A stretch of DNA of 64,000 nucleotides from the NCBI GenBank assembly GCA_963815535.1, contig CAWFGS010000006.1, forward strand, positions 11,478-75,477. The letters are read 5' to 3'. Position numbers and translations under genes: made by a program. This stretch comes from an uncultured Alphaproteobacteria bacterium. GTDB taxonomy: Bacteria > Pseudomonadota > Alphaproteobacteria > Sphingomonadales > Sphingomonadaceae. Positions 8,186 to 18,599 of the stretch are shown one piece after another (the first letter of the stretch is position 1; every line of letters starts with the position of its first letter). The notes under the pieces were generated by a model, which saw only the letters and a program-made list of their open reading frames with translations, did no database searches and was not told the DNA's origin.

Positions 8186-9099
8186 ATGACCACTGCACAC
8201 GACGCGCACACCCTGCAATCGCAGGCGAAGGCAGCCACGCTGATCGAGGCGCTGCCTTATCTGCAGCGTTATGCCGGGCAGACCTTCGTGGTGAAATATG
8301 GCGGCCATGCGATGGGCGACGAACAGGCCGCGCGCGATTTCGCGCAGGATGTGGTGCTGCTGAAAGCGGTCGGCATCAACCCCGTTGTCGTGCATGGCGG
8401 CGGCCCGCAGATCGGCGCGATGCTGGCGAAACTGGGCGTGACGAGCGAGTTCGTGGACGGCCTGCGCGTGACCGACAAGGCGACTGCGGAAATCGCGGAA
8501 ATGGTGCTGTCGGGCGCGATCAACAAACAGCTGGTCGGCTGGTTGACGGCGGCGGGCGGCAAGGCGCTGGGCATATCGGGCAAGGATGGCGGGCTGGTTT
8601 CCGCCGCCAAACTGCGCCGCACCCGCCGCGATCCCGACCAGCAATATCGAAAGCGTCGTCGATCTGGGCTTCGTGGGGGAACCTGCCGCGATCGACACCA
8701 CCTTGATCGATACGGCAGTGGCGGCGGGCATGATCCCCGTCATCGCCCCGATCGCGGGCGGCGCGGACGGACAGACTTACAACATCAACGCCGACACGAT
8801 GGCGGGCGCGATCGCGGGCGGCGCTGGGGGCGTCGCGGCTGTTCCTGCTGACCGACGTGGCGGGCGTGCTGGACAAATCGGGGGCGCTGCTGTCCGACCT
8901 GACGCCGGACCGCATCGCCGGACTGCGTGCCGACGGGACGATCACGGGCGGCATGATCCCGAAGCTGGAAACCTGCGTCGCGGCGGTGGAGGCCGGGTGC
9001 GACGCGGCGGTCATCCTGGACGGGCGAGTGCGCCATGCGATGCTGCTGGAATTCTTCACCAGCAGCGGGGCGGGTACGTTGGTCAAAAAGGGCGGCTGA
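8186..9099 (+). CDS. argB: Acetylglutamate kinase; frame broken twice (about 8638 and about 8818-8822)
   Basis: MTTAHD...[12 protein letters not shown]...[11 protein letters not shown] continues in a second frame ([15 protein letters not shown]...[13 protein letters not shown]) and a third ([19 protein letters not shown]...GTLVKKGG*). Both breaks fit +1 insertions. Confidence 0.9.
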
Positions 9100-9222
9100 A
9101 AACCACAGCGCGCGACCCTATATCGCCGACACATTCGTATCGAACGGCCGATGCGTGTATTATCGGGTTGATACACCTGCCGCCGCTCCGCTACAGACGC
9201 GTCAATTGAAAGGCCTTCCCTC

Positions 9223-9516
9223 ATGGTACTCGCTTCCATCATCCAGATCGTCGAAATGCTGGCGAACATATTGATCACGCTGATCATCGTGCAGTTCGTC
9301 GTCGGGCTGTTGATGGCGTTCAATGTGGTCGATCAGAACAACCAGTTCTTTTCCACGATCTATCGTTCGATCAACGCACTTCTCGATCCCGTCCTCGCGC
9401 CCATAAGGCGGCTGCTGCCAAGCACCGGAGCGATCGATTTCAGCCCGCTGGTGCTGATCATCGGCATCAACATCCTGCTGATCGTGCTGGGCAATATCTA
9501 CGCCGCCGGCGCCTGA
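9223..9516 (+). CDS. yggT: YggT family membrane protein
   Basis: Intact 97-aa hydrophobic ORF with typical YggT length and pattern ([13 protein letters not shown]). Confidence 0.8.
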   Translation: MVLASIIQIVEMLANILITLIIVQFVVGLLMAFNVVDQNNQFFSTIYRSINALLDPVLAPIRRLLPSTGAIDFSPLVLIIGINILLIVLGNIYAAGA

Positions 9517-10431
9517 TGACGGCGCAGATTATCGACGGCAAGGCGTTCGCCGCACGGCTGCGCGAACGGGTCGGCACGGCCGCGCGCAGCTTTGCCGCGA
9601 CCGCCGGGCGCAAGGCGGGGCTGGCGGTGGTTCTGGTCGGGGACGATCCGGCCAGCAACGTCTATGTTCGCGCCAAGCACAAGGCGACCGTGGCCGCCGA
9701 TATGGAAAGTTTCGAACACCGGCTGCCCACCGACACCGGCGAAGGCGATTTGCTGGCGCTGGTCGAACGGTTGAACGACGATGCGGCGGTCGATGGCATT
9801 CTGGTGCAATTGCCGCTGCCCGGTCATATCGACGAACAAAGGGTCATCGCGGCCATTTCGCCGGACAAGGATGTGGACGGGTTCCACGTCATCAATGCCG
9901 GGCGGCTGGCGGTGGGTCAGCGCGGGTTCGTGCCGTGCACCCCGCTGGGCTGCATGATGCTGTTGCTGGATCGGTTGACGGGCGAAGGCGGGGCGAGCGA
10001 CCTGTCCGGCCTCGACGCCGTGGTGATCGGGCGCAGCAACATCGTCGGCAAACCGATGGCGCAATTGCTGCTGGACGCGAACGCCACCGTCACCATCGCG
10101 CATAGCCGGACGAAGGATCTCCCCGCCGTGGTGCGCCGCGCCGATATCGTGGTGGCGGCGGTGGGCCGTGCGGAAATGATCGAGAGCGACGTGGCTGAAG
10201 CCCGGCGCGACGGTGATCGATGTCGGGATCAACCGCCTCGCGCCTGCAGACGGCGCGGATAAGGGGCGGCTGGTGGGCGATGTGGCGTTCGGTTCCGCCA
10301 GCGAGGTGGCGGGCGCGATCACACCCGTACCCGGCGGCGTCGGCCCGATGACGATCGCGGTTCTTCTGCGAAACACGATGGTCGCCGCACACCGCAATAT
10401 GGGCATCGACCTGGCGGAAGATGCGTTATGA
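9516..10431 (+). CDS. folD: Bifunctional methylenetetrahydrofolate dehydrogenase/cyclohydrolase; frame broken once near 10188-10192
   Basis: [12 protein letters not shown]...[13 protein letters not shown]...[14 protein letters not shown] joins ORF 10213..10431 (VIDVGINR...[15 protein letters not shown]). An extra G lies at GAC-G-TGG. Confidence 0.9.
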
Positions 10432-11192
10432 GCGGCCGGGCAACCCTCGCCGTGGCGACCGTCGCAATCATGCTGACCGCGACCGGATGCGCCGGCGGCA
10501 GGCCATCCAGCGCGCAGTTGCAACGCATCGACCGCGCATTGGCCGGGCCGCCGGCACCGCGCAGCCGACCCGGATCATCGCCACGGAAATCGCCTATGCC
10601 AGAGCCATCGCGGATGACGGCGCGAACCGGGCCGCGCGCGAATTCGCGGCTTCCGATGCGCGTGTTCACGATGGGGCCGGGGTGCAGCCGGCCGGCGCGG
10701 CCGGGGCCAGCTACGCCCCCGCCGAACGATCCGTCAGAACCGTTTGGATGAGCTGCGATGCGACTCTGGCCGCCAGCGAGGGGCGCGTCCGCACGGCGGC
10801 GGGTCTGCTCGGACGCTATCTGACCGTGTGGCAGGCTCAGCCCGACCGCACATATCGGTGGGTTTACGACACCATCCGGCTGGACGAACCGCAACCGCCG
10901 CCCAAAACTACGGTGGCCCCGATCGACGAGGATGTCATCGTGGTGACCGCGCTCGATTCCGTGGAAGGCAAAGTCGCCGACTGCACGCGGCGCACCACCA
11001 CGATTGCCGATGCAGTCAATCTGACTTTCGAAGATGGCACAACCGATACGGGCGCATTCGCGTCCACCGATCGATCGCTGCGGATTGCATGGACGCATAA
11101 AACGGATGCGAGCCGCAGCACGGTTATCGGCTGGTCGCAGAACGGCGTCTGGGAAGAGGCGTTGCGTTTCGACGCACCGCGTGGGACGGTAA
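10428..11192 (+). CDS. Hypothetical lipoprotein (possible SnoaL/DUF4440-like domain); frame broken near 10541-10556, 3' end uncertain
   Basis: [21 protein letters not shown] (lipobox) continues in the frame of ORF 10421..11602 ([16 protein letters not shown]...[17 protein letters not shown]). TAA at 11190-11192 is in the original start frame. Confidence 0.5.
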
Positions 11193-11195
11193 GGC

Positions 11196-11820
11196 ATGCT
11201 CGAACTGTTCCTGTCCGCCTTCATCACTCTGTTCGTGGTGATCGACCCGCCCGGCTGCGCGCCGATCTATGCCGGTCTGACGAAAGATGCGACGCCCGCG
11301 CAGGCGCGTATCATGGCGATCCGCGCCTGCCTCATCGCGCTCGCCATCCTGCTCGGCTTCGCTTTGTTCGGCGAAGAACTGCTGGATGCGCTGCATATCG
11401 AACTCGACAGTTTCCGCATTGCGGGCGGGCTGATGCTGTTCTTGATCGCGTTCGAAATGGTGTTCGAAAAACGCACCCAGCGGCGCGAGGAGCGGGCGGA
11501 GAAAGTCAGCGCCAACCCGGAGGTCGAGGATGTGTCGGTGTTCCCGATGGCGATGCCGATGCTGGCGGGACCAGGGCGCGATCGCGGCCGTCATGCTGCT
11601 GACCAACAACGCCAACGGCTTGCCGGAATCGCTGGTGGTGCTGGGCGCGCTGCTGTCGGTGATGCTGCTGACCATGATGGCCCTGATCGCCGCCGCGCCG
11701 CTGATGCGGGTGTTCGGCGACCGGGTGGAGGCGGTGATCACCCGCCTGCTGGGCGTGCTGCTGGCGGCACTCGCCATGCAATATGTGATCGACGGGCTGA
11801 AAGGCAGCTTCGGACTATAA
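11196..11820 (+). CDS. MarC family (UPF0056) integral membrane protein; frame broken once near 11574
   Basis: MLELFLSAFITLFVVIDPPGCAPIY...VFPMAMPMLAGPG then ORF 11530..11820 (AIAAVMLLTNN...). An extra G lies in a GGG run. Confidence 0.85.
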
Positions 11821-11860
11821 AGTTTGCCTGCCAGGCGTTCCTATCGGGCGGGAGGCGCGC

Positions 11861-12475
11861 TTACTGCAGTGTAACGCGCTGTTCGTCGCCATCGCGCCGT
11901 CCGAAGAACTGCATCAGCTGGATCAGCAATTCGCAGCGGGAGCCGAGGTCCGGCGCTTCCAGCAAGGCCTGTTTTGCCGCCGGATCGAACGGGGCGATCT
12001 GCGACACGCCGTTGATCAGCGACTGATCGTCCAGCCGTTCGACCGAATCCCAATCGACGGCGTAACCCTGCGCATCGGCGAACTTCGCGCTTCCCGTTCG
12101 AACGATGGCGCGTTCGACGCTGGCGAGAACGTCGGTTTCCGGTTCGTCGATCAGCTCGGCTTCGACCTGGCGGAACGGCGGTGGTAACGTCGAGTTCGCG
12201 GATGATCCGGAACCGCGCATTCGCCTTCGAGGACGACGTTGTAACGCCCATCGTCAGCGCTTCCACATCGGCGATCCGGCCGACGCAGCCGACGCGTATA
12301 AAGCGGTGCGCCTTCCTGCGCGCGTTGCGGCTGGATCATGCCGATCCGCCGGTCGCGCGCCAGCGAATCGCTGACCAACGCGCGATAGCGCGGCTCGAAC
12401 AGATGCAGCGGCAGTTGCAGGCCGGGAAACAGGATGGCGCCCGGTCAGCGGGAAGATGGACAGGCGGGTCGCCAT
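11861..12475 (-). pseudogene. LON substrate-binding (Lon N-terminal) domain protein; about 5 frame changes as sequenced
   Basis: The protein is reconstructed across three frames: MATRLSIFPLTG | AILFPGLQLPLHLFEPRYRALVSDSLARDRRIGMIQP...LYTR | GCVGRIADVEAL | DDGRYNVVLEGE | ARFRIIRELDVTT | PFRQVEAELIDEP...LIQLMQFF. Confidence 0.8.
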
Positions 12476-12479
12476 CCGC

Positions 12480-13399
12480 TTACCCGAACAGCAGCCGCGA
12501 CAGGCGGCGGCGGGTCGCCACCGACCCACGGATCTTCCAGCCCGACCGCTTCGAACATCTGCAACAGTTTGGCCTTGGCCGCGCCGTCGTTCCATTCGGG
12601 GTCGGTTTCGACCATGCGCAGCAGAGTATCGGCGGCCTCGTCGCGCTCCCCGGCGGCGAAGGCGGCTTCGGCGAAAGCGAGTTGCGCGTCCATGTCGGCG
12701 GGATTTGCCTGCGGCCGCAGCGCGCAACGCTGTCAGCTCGCCATCGTCCGGCTGCGCTTTCCGCCAGTTCCAGCGCCGGTGCGGCCTGCGCGACCAGCGG
12801 ATCGTCCGCGATGCGGTTCGGGCACGGCGTCGAGAACGCTCTTCGCTTCGTCGATACGCCCCGCCGCCGTCAGCGCGCGGATCAATCCGCCCTGCGCCGC
12901 GGCATTGTCGGGCGCCATCTGCGATGATCTGGGCGAAAACCTGCGCCGCGCGTTCCGCATCGCCATCGGCCAGCACCTGTTCCGCCATGGCGATGAATTG
13001 TCCGATGTCGGGTTCCTGCGATCCGCCGCGCAGCGGCATCGGGATCGATTTTCACCTGTTCCAATATCTGATCCAGCGTCGCGCGAAACTGGCTTTCGCT
13101 GCGTGCCTGCGTCAGATCGGCGACCGGCTGCCCCTTGATACATGGCATAGACGGTGGGGATGGACTGTACCTGAAACTGGCTGGCGATGAACTGCTCCTC
13201 GTCGACATTCACCTTGGCCAGAACCACGCCCTTTTCCGCGTAGTCGGCAGCGACTTTTTCCAGCATCGGGGTCAGCGCCTTGCACGGGCCGCACCATTCG
13301 GCCCAGAAATCGAGGATGACCAGTTTCGTCATCGATGGTTCGACCACGTCGGCGCGGAACCGTTCGACCGCTTTTTGCTTCGTCGATATTGAGACCCAT
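12480..13399 (-). pseudogene. Thioredoxin-domain plus TPR co-chaperone (YbbN/CnoX-like); about 8 frame changes as sequenced
   Basis: Segments: MGLNI | ...VILDFWAEWCGPCKALTPMLEKV...VYAMYQG | QPVADLTQARSESQFRATLDQILEQV | QEPDIGQFIAMAEQVLADGDAERAAQVFAQII | APDNAAAQGGLIRALTAAGRIDEAK | IADDPLVAQAAPALELAES | DDGELTALRAAAA | DMDAQLAFAEAAFAAGERDEA...LEDPWV | ATRRRLSRLLFG*. Each step is consistent with a +1 insertion. Confidence 0.8.
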
Positions 13400-13637
13400 G
13401 CTGGCCAAGATACGCTCCGATACTGATAGAATGTGGCAAATCGCTTGCGCCCAATGTGGGCGGCGCTCGTCGCATTTGTGAAGGGCATTGCATGCGGCAG
13501 GTCAAGGGGCCGGGCGGGTGCAATGTCGCCGCAGGCACATTCGGCCATTTTCCGCTTGCCGGGCGGTCGACCGTTGCTAACTGCCCGCTTCCCCACCGGG
13601 TCGCGGCCATGCCGTCGATTGCGGGAACGTCTAGTGA

Positions 13638-13712
13638 GCGGGCGTAGCTCAGGGGTAGAGCACAACCTTGCCAAGGTTGGGGTCGGGCGTTCGAATCGCC
13701 TCGCCCGCTCCA
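13638..13712 (+). tRNA. tRNA-Gly (anticodon GCC)
   Basis: Cloverleaf read by eye: acceptor GCGGGCG/CGCCCGC, anticodon loop TTGCCAA, T-loop TTCGAAT, encoded CCA. Confidence 0.95.
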
Positions 13713-13718
13713 GACGGA

Positions 13719-14648
13719 CTAATCCGTTCGCATCATCCGATATTCAGCCCCTTCGGCATCGACACGTTCGGTGCGAAGCAGGCTTGGCCCGTCGATATGG
13801 GTCGCCGAAAACGCGATCCCGTCCGCGCTCAGCATGTCGAGCAGTTTCCGGCGCGTGGCGACCGCCGCATCGGCATCGACATCCAGGATGTAGCGGATGT
13901 CGGGATCGGCGAATTGCGCCGCCTCGCTCAAAATAGCATCGCCGAGCAACATGATCTGATCGCCGCCCGATGCGACGCGGACGGCGCAATGCCCCGGCGT
14001 GTGTCCCGGTGTCGATAGCAGCGAAATCCCCCCGCCGAGATCCGCTTCGCCATCGTGGAACACCGGGTCGTACGCGAGTTCGCCTGCCAGTTTCGCAGCC
14101 AGCGCCGCGACGCCGCGCTGTGCCTGTGGAACGGTGGCAACCGTGGCGGGGTCGGTCCAATAGGTCCAGTCGGCCCGGCTTAGATGCAGCGCGGCATTGG
14201 GGTATCGTTTCGCTCCGCCCACCATCAACCCGCCGATGTGGTCGGGATGCATGTGGGTGATTACCACGTCGTCGATCGCGTCCGCCCCGATGCCCCGCGC
14301 GGCCAGAACCGCGCCGAGCCGCCCTACGGTCGCGCCGATCGCATCCCCTGCGCCCGCGTCGATCAGCACCGTGCGCGAACCCGTCTGCACAAGCCAGACA
14401 TTCGCGCCGACGCGCATCCTTGCAGGCAAAGTGGGCACAGGTTCGCCCGCCGCATCGAAGAAGGCGGCACTGGGGAATTCGAAATACCCGTCCGACAGCA
14501 CCGACAGCGTCGTATCGCCGATACGATGGTCACCCGGTGCATCGGACATGAATGCGCTTGGAACGCCGGGGGTAACGCAGGCCGTGGTCAGCAAGGCAGC
14601 CGAACCTGCCATGAAATGCCGCCGCCCGATCCGTCGTTCCGTCTGCAT
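13719..14648 (-). CDS. MBL-fold metallo-hydrolase with Tat-type signal
   Basis: Start MQTERRIGRRHFMAGSAALL (twin-arginine). Motifs HMHPDHIGG and TPGHTPGH are present. Intact. Confidence 0.85.
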   Translation of the reverse strand: MQTERRIGRRHFMAGSAALLTTACVTPGVPSAFMSDAPGDHRIGDTTLSVLSDGYFEFPSAAFFDAAGEPVPTLPARMRVGANVWLVQTGSRTVLIDAGAGDAIGATVGRLGAVLAARGIGADAIDDVVITHMHPDHIGGLMVGGAKRYPNAALHLSRADWTYWTDPATVATVPQAQRGVAALAAKLAGELAYDPVFHDGEADLGGGISLLSTPGHTPGHCAVRVASGGDQIMLLGDAILSEAAQFADPDIRYILDVDADAAVATRRKLLDMLSADGIAFSATHIDGPSLLRTERVDAEGAEYRMMRTD

Positions 14649-14834
14649 TATGCTTCCTTTGCCGCCGATTGAAAGGACCGGTATCGCAGGTCCGCTGCAT
14701 GCTGACAAACGCGTGGATTGGCGGGGCGGGAAACGGCATCTGAGACGGCATCTGAAACGGGGTCATCTCCCTTCCATTCGGTGCGCGGCGATGCTACCGC
14801 TACGACCACTGATTATGCACGCAAGACAACGAGG

Positions 14835-15584
14835 ATGATTATGACGACGACGCGCAGAAATGTATTGGGCGGAATGGGCGCCCTTGGGGCGGCATCGATC
14901 GCAGGCGGCCAGGCCGTGGCGCAGTCGAGCGCGGCGATGCCTCCCGTGGCCCCGGCCGGCAAGGATCTGACGCCGAGGCAGGCACTGGATTTCCTGAAGC
15001 AAGGCAATCAGATGTTCCTGCGTAACGAAAGCGGATCGGGCGTCAGCGGCCAGCAGCGCCGCCTGGATCTGGCGCAAAGCCAGAGCCCGTTCGTCGCTTA
15101 CGTCACATGTTCGGACAGCCGGGTTCCGCCCGAATTGCTGTTTGGCCGGGGCCTGGGCGAATTGTTCATCATCCGCAACGCCGGCAACACGGTGGACACG
15201 GTTGCGCTGGGATCGATCGAATATGCCGTGGCCGTGCTCAGCGTGCCGCTGGTCGTCGTGATGGGCCATGAACGCTGCGGCGCGGTGGATGCCGCTGCCA
15301 AGGTGGTGACGGACAATGCGACTTTTCCAGGCTCCATCGGCAAAATGATCGAACCGATCATTCCCGCCGTGCTGCAAGTGCGCGACGAGCCCGGCGATCT
15401 GGTAGACAACGCCGTGCGTTCGAATGTGCGCCGCGTGGTCAAGCAGTTGCGCGAGCAGACCGATCCCATCATGCTGGACCCCCAGCAGTCGGGCAAATTG
15501 TGGGTCGTCGGCGCCTATTACGATCTCGACACGGGCGAAGTGGATTTCTTCGACCTTCCCGAAGAAATGGCGCAGGAAGGCTGA
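14835..15584 (+). CDS. Beta-class carbonic anhydrase with Tat-type signal
   Basis: MIMTTTRRNVLGG signal. Zinc-ligand motifs CSDSRVPPE and HERCGAV are present. Intact; the start could be 14841. Confidence 0.85.
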   Translation: MIMTTTRRNVLGGMGALGAASIAGGQAVAQSSAAMPPVAPAGKDLTPRQALDFLKQGNQMFLRNESGSGVSGQQRRLDLAQSQSPFVAYVTCSDSRVPPELLFGRGLGELFIIRNAGNTVDTVALGSIEYAVAVLSVPLVVVMGHERCGAVDAAAKVVTDNATFPGSIGKMIEPIIPAVLQVRDEPGDLVDNAVRSNVRRVVKQLREQTDPIMLDPQQSGKLWVVGAYYDLDTGEVDFFDLPEEMAQEG

Positions 15585-15620
15585 ACCGGCCGCGCCCGGA
15601 ACGGCGCGCTACTCAGACAC

Positions 15621-15668
15621 GAACGGGCCGGGTGCGAAGCGATCGCATCCGGCCCGTTTCCGTTTCGC
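15621..15668 (+). terminator. Rho-independent terminator candidate after the carbonic anhydrase gene
   Basis: AACGGGCCGG (15622-15631) pairs with CCGGCCCGTT (15649-15658), followed by a T-rich tract. Confidence 0.55.
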
Positions 15669-15746
15669 GCCAAACGCAGCGAACCGATCAATCGCATGAT
15701 TTGGCCGCACAACGCTTGCGTTTGTAAAACGCGGTGTTAGGAGCGC

Positions 15747-15767
15747 GATATGTTGTATCATACATTC
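15747..15767 (+). promoter_or_regulatory. AT-rich imperfect palindrome overlapping the TonB-receptor start; candidate Fur/Zur-type operator
   Basis: GATATGTTGTATCATACATTC is the only AT-rich patch in this GC-rich intergenic region. It resembles metalloregulator boxes only loosely. Confidence 0.25.
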
Positions 15768-17958
15768 CCCGCTTCGCCCGCCAGATCATCCCGTACGCAT
15801 CTGCGCGCCATCGCATCATCGTCGATATTCGCGCTCGCCTGCGCGAACTCTGGCCGTGCCCGTATCGGCGCAAACCGCTGCTGCGGACGCGCGGACTGCC
15901 GCCGATGAACCGCTGGATGACGATTTCCACAATCGCCGCACCGGGGAAATGGGCGACATCATCGTGACGGCCACCGGCCTTCGTCAGCTCGACATTCTGT
16001 CCGGGACATCCGTGGTCGAGGGGCTGGAGCTTCAGCGCGAACAGAACGGCCAGATCGGCGAAGTCCTCGCCAAACTGCCCGGCGTTTCCGCATCCAGCTT
16101 CGCACCGGGCGCATCACGCCCGGTTCTGCGCGGCCTGCAGGGGGAACGGGTGCGCGTCCTGATCGACGGGATCGGCACGATCGACGTCTCCAACACCAGC
16201 GTCGATCACGCCGTAACGGTGGAACCGCTGACGACGGAACGGGTCGAGGTCATTCGCGGCCCAGCCACCCTGCTATACGGCAATCAGGCAATCGGCGGCG
16301 TGGTCAACGTCATCGACAAGCGTATTCCGCTGCGCCCGTTGGACGAACCATTCCATTTGGATACCCTGTTCGCCGGCAACTCCGCTGCGAACTTGTATGA
16401 AGGCGGCGGCAGCCTGGATATCGCAGTCGGTCAGAACCTGGTCGTTCACGTCGATGGTTCCTATCGCAACACCGACGACCTTTCCATCGGCGGCGCACAG
16501 GTTGCACCGCTGTTCCGCGCCGCCCTGCTCGACCAGGCGGCGCAGGATATCGCCGATGGCGATGTGGAGGGCGGCAACGAACTGATCGAGGCGGCCAATC
16601 AGCGCGACGTGCTGCCCAACAGCTTCACCGAAACATTCAGCGGCAATGCCGGCTTCGCAATCTTCGCAGGTGGCGGCACGCTGGGTGCGTCCGTCGGCAT
16701 CTACGACACCAATTACGGCGTACCGGGACGGCCCGGTTTCGAGGAAGGCGCCGAAGAAGAAGGAGGCGAAGAAGAAGAGGGCGAAGAGGAAGGCGTTTCG
16801 ATCGACCTGCGCCAATATCGTGCCGATCTGCGCGGCGAACTGCCCCTTGGCGGCGGCTTCTTCGAAATGCTGAAAACCCGCATCGGTTATTCCGATTACA
16901 CCCACACCGAATTCGAAGGCAGCGAAGTCGGCACGGTGTTCGAAGTGCAGGGCATCGAAGCGCGCGCGGAACTGGTTCAGGCACAGCGCAACGGGCTGGG
17001 CGGGGGCATCGGCCTGCAATATACCTTCCGCGATTTTCAGGCGATCGGGGAAGAAGCCTTCGTCGCGCCCAACGAAACCGAAACATTCGCGGTGTTCGCC
17101 GTGCAGGAATACGGCCCCGGACCGCTGCAGCTGGAATTGGGCGCGCGGTATGAAAACACCAGCGTCGATTCACCCCCGCTGGGTATCGATCGCGATTTCG
17201 ATACGTTCTCCGCATCGGTCGGTCTGGCTTACGAGGTTACGCCGGGCCTGCGTCTGGGGGCCAATGTCAGCCGCGCGGAACGTGCGCCGGGTGGGGAGGA
17301 ACTGTATGCCAACGGTCCGCACATCGCGACCCAGGCGTTCGAAATCGGCGATCCCGATCTCGACACGGAAAAATCGCTGGGCGGCGAAGTGTTCGTGCGC
17401 GGCAATATCGCCGGGTTCGAACTGGCGGCATCCGCCTATTACACGTCGTTCGACCGGTATATTTTCGATCAGGCCAATGGCGAAATCGAGGACGGGCTGC
17501 CGGTGTTCCTGATCCTGCAGGACGATGCCGAATTCTACGGTATCGAGGGTGAAGTGCGTGCGCCCCTGTACGATGGCAACGGCTTTGGCGTGACCGCCGA
17601 TCTGCGGGCCAGTTACGTTCGCGCCGAATTCGAAGATGGCGCCAATGTGCCGCGCATCCCGCCATTGAGCCTGCTGGGCGCGTTGGAAGCCGATGCCGGT
17701 CCGATCGTCGTCCGGGGTGAAGTGCAATACACTGCCGAGCAAAACCGCAACGGCGAATTCGAACTGCCGACGGACGATTTCACCTTCGTCAACGCATCGA
17801 TCGCATACCGTCCGGCATTCGGCCGCGACCGCATCACGGTGCTGGCGCAGGTCGATAACATCTTCGACACGGTCGGCCGCCGCCATGCCAGTTTCACGAA
17901 AGATTTCGTTCCGCTGGCGGGCCGCAATTTCCGGCTGAGCGTTCGCAGCAGCTTCTGA
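15750..17958 (+). CDS. TonB-dependent outer-membrane receptor; signal peptide apparently in a different frame (break near 15851-15855)
   Basis: The 700-aa ORF from 15856 has plug and barrel features (IIVTATG, terminal RLSVRSSF). ATG 15750 in another frame encodes MLYHTF...AIASSSIFALACANS, which would join ...AVPVSAQT after removal of one G. A poly-Glu insert EEGAEEEGGEEEEGEEEG lies at about 16741-16797. Confidence 0.85.
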
Positions 17959-17987
17959 TCGTCACGCAAGTCGAACAAAGGGGGGGG

Positions 17988-18014
17988 AAGGGGGGCGGAC
18001 TGCCCCCCTTTTTC
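17988..18014. terminator. Bidirectional rho-independent terminator
   Basis: GGGGGGC-GGACT-GCCCCCC followed by TTTTT, between convergent genes. Confidence 0.7.
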
Positions 18015-18015
18015 G

Positions 18016-18552
18016 TTAATTGCGGATGTCGCCGACGGGACGGGCGCCGTTTTCCGCACGCCCTTTCGTCAATCCTTCGGCCAACCCTTCCGCGTGGGCG
18101 GCGCGCAATTCGGCATCATGCGCCCGTTCGCCCGCTTTCGTCGCGACGACCTCCCCCTTACGCACGGTACGCATATGGTCGTAACTGCCCCGCATCTGAC
18201 CGTATGCGAACACGACCATCAATCCGCCCGCAATGGCGAGGTTTTTCATCGCCATCGCCGACTGCACCTGATCGGTCAGATCGGCATGGAAGAACAGAAT
18301 GGTCGCGATGGTGAAACCCGCCAGCACGATCGCCACCAGACGCGTCATCAACCCGATGGCGAGCATGATCCCGGCAACCAGTTCGAAAATCGCCGTGGGC
18401 AAGGCAACGCCCGGCGGCAATGTGCCGACCGATTCGATATAGGCCTGCGTGCCTGGAATATCGATCAGCTTCGTCACCCCGCCCGCGATGAAGATCAGCG
18501 ACAGGAATATGCGGCCCACGATGGCGGCAATGGTGGATAGGGTTGCGGACAT
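18016..18552 (-). CDS. DoxX family membrane protein with hydrophilic C-terminal extension
   Basis: Intact 178-aa ORF with a four-TM DoxX-like pattern (IFLSLIFIAGGVTKL). Confidence 0.75.
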   Translation of the reverse strand: MSATLSTIAAIVGRIFLSLIFIAGGVTKLIDIPGTQAYIESVGTLPPGVALPTAIFELVAGIMLAIGLMTRLVAIVLAGFTIATILFFHADLTDQVQSAMAMKNLAIAGGLMVVFAYGQMRGSYDHMRTVRKGEVVATKAGERAHDAELRAAHAEGLAEGLTKGRAENGARPVGDIRN

Positions 18553-18599
18553 AATCTTACGCTCCTGCTTGGGTTCGATCGAAGTGGTGTCGATCGGTA

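Noticed and set aside
16741-16797. The poly-Glu coding tract in the TonB receptor as a simple-sequence contingency (phase-variation) locus.
   Set aside because: The codons are a mixed GAA/GAG/GGC series rather than a perfect microsatellite, so slipped-strand switching is unlikely. It was retained only as a protein-level curiosity.
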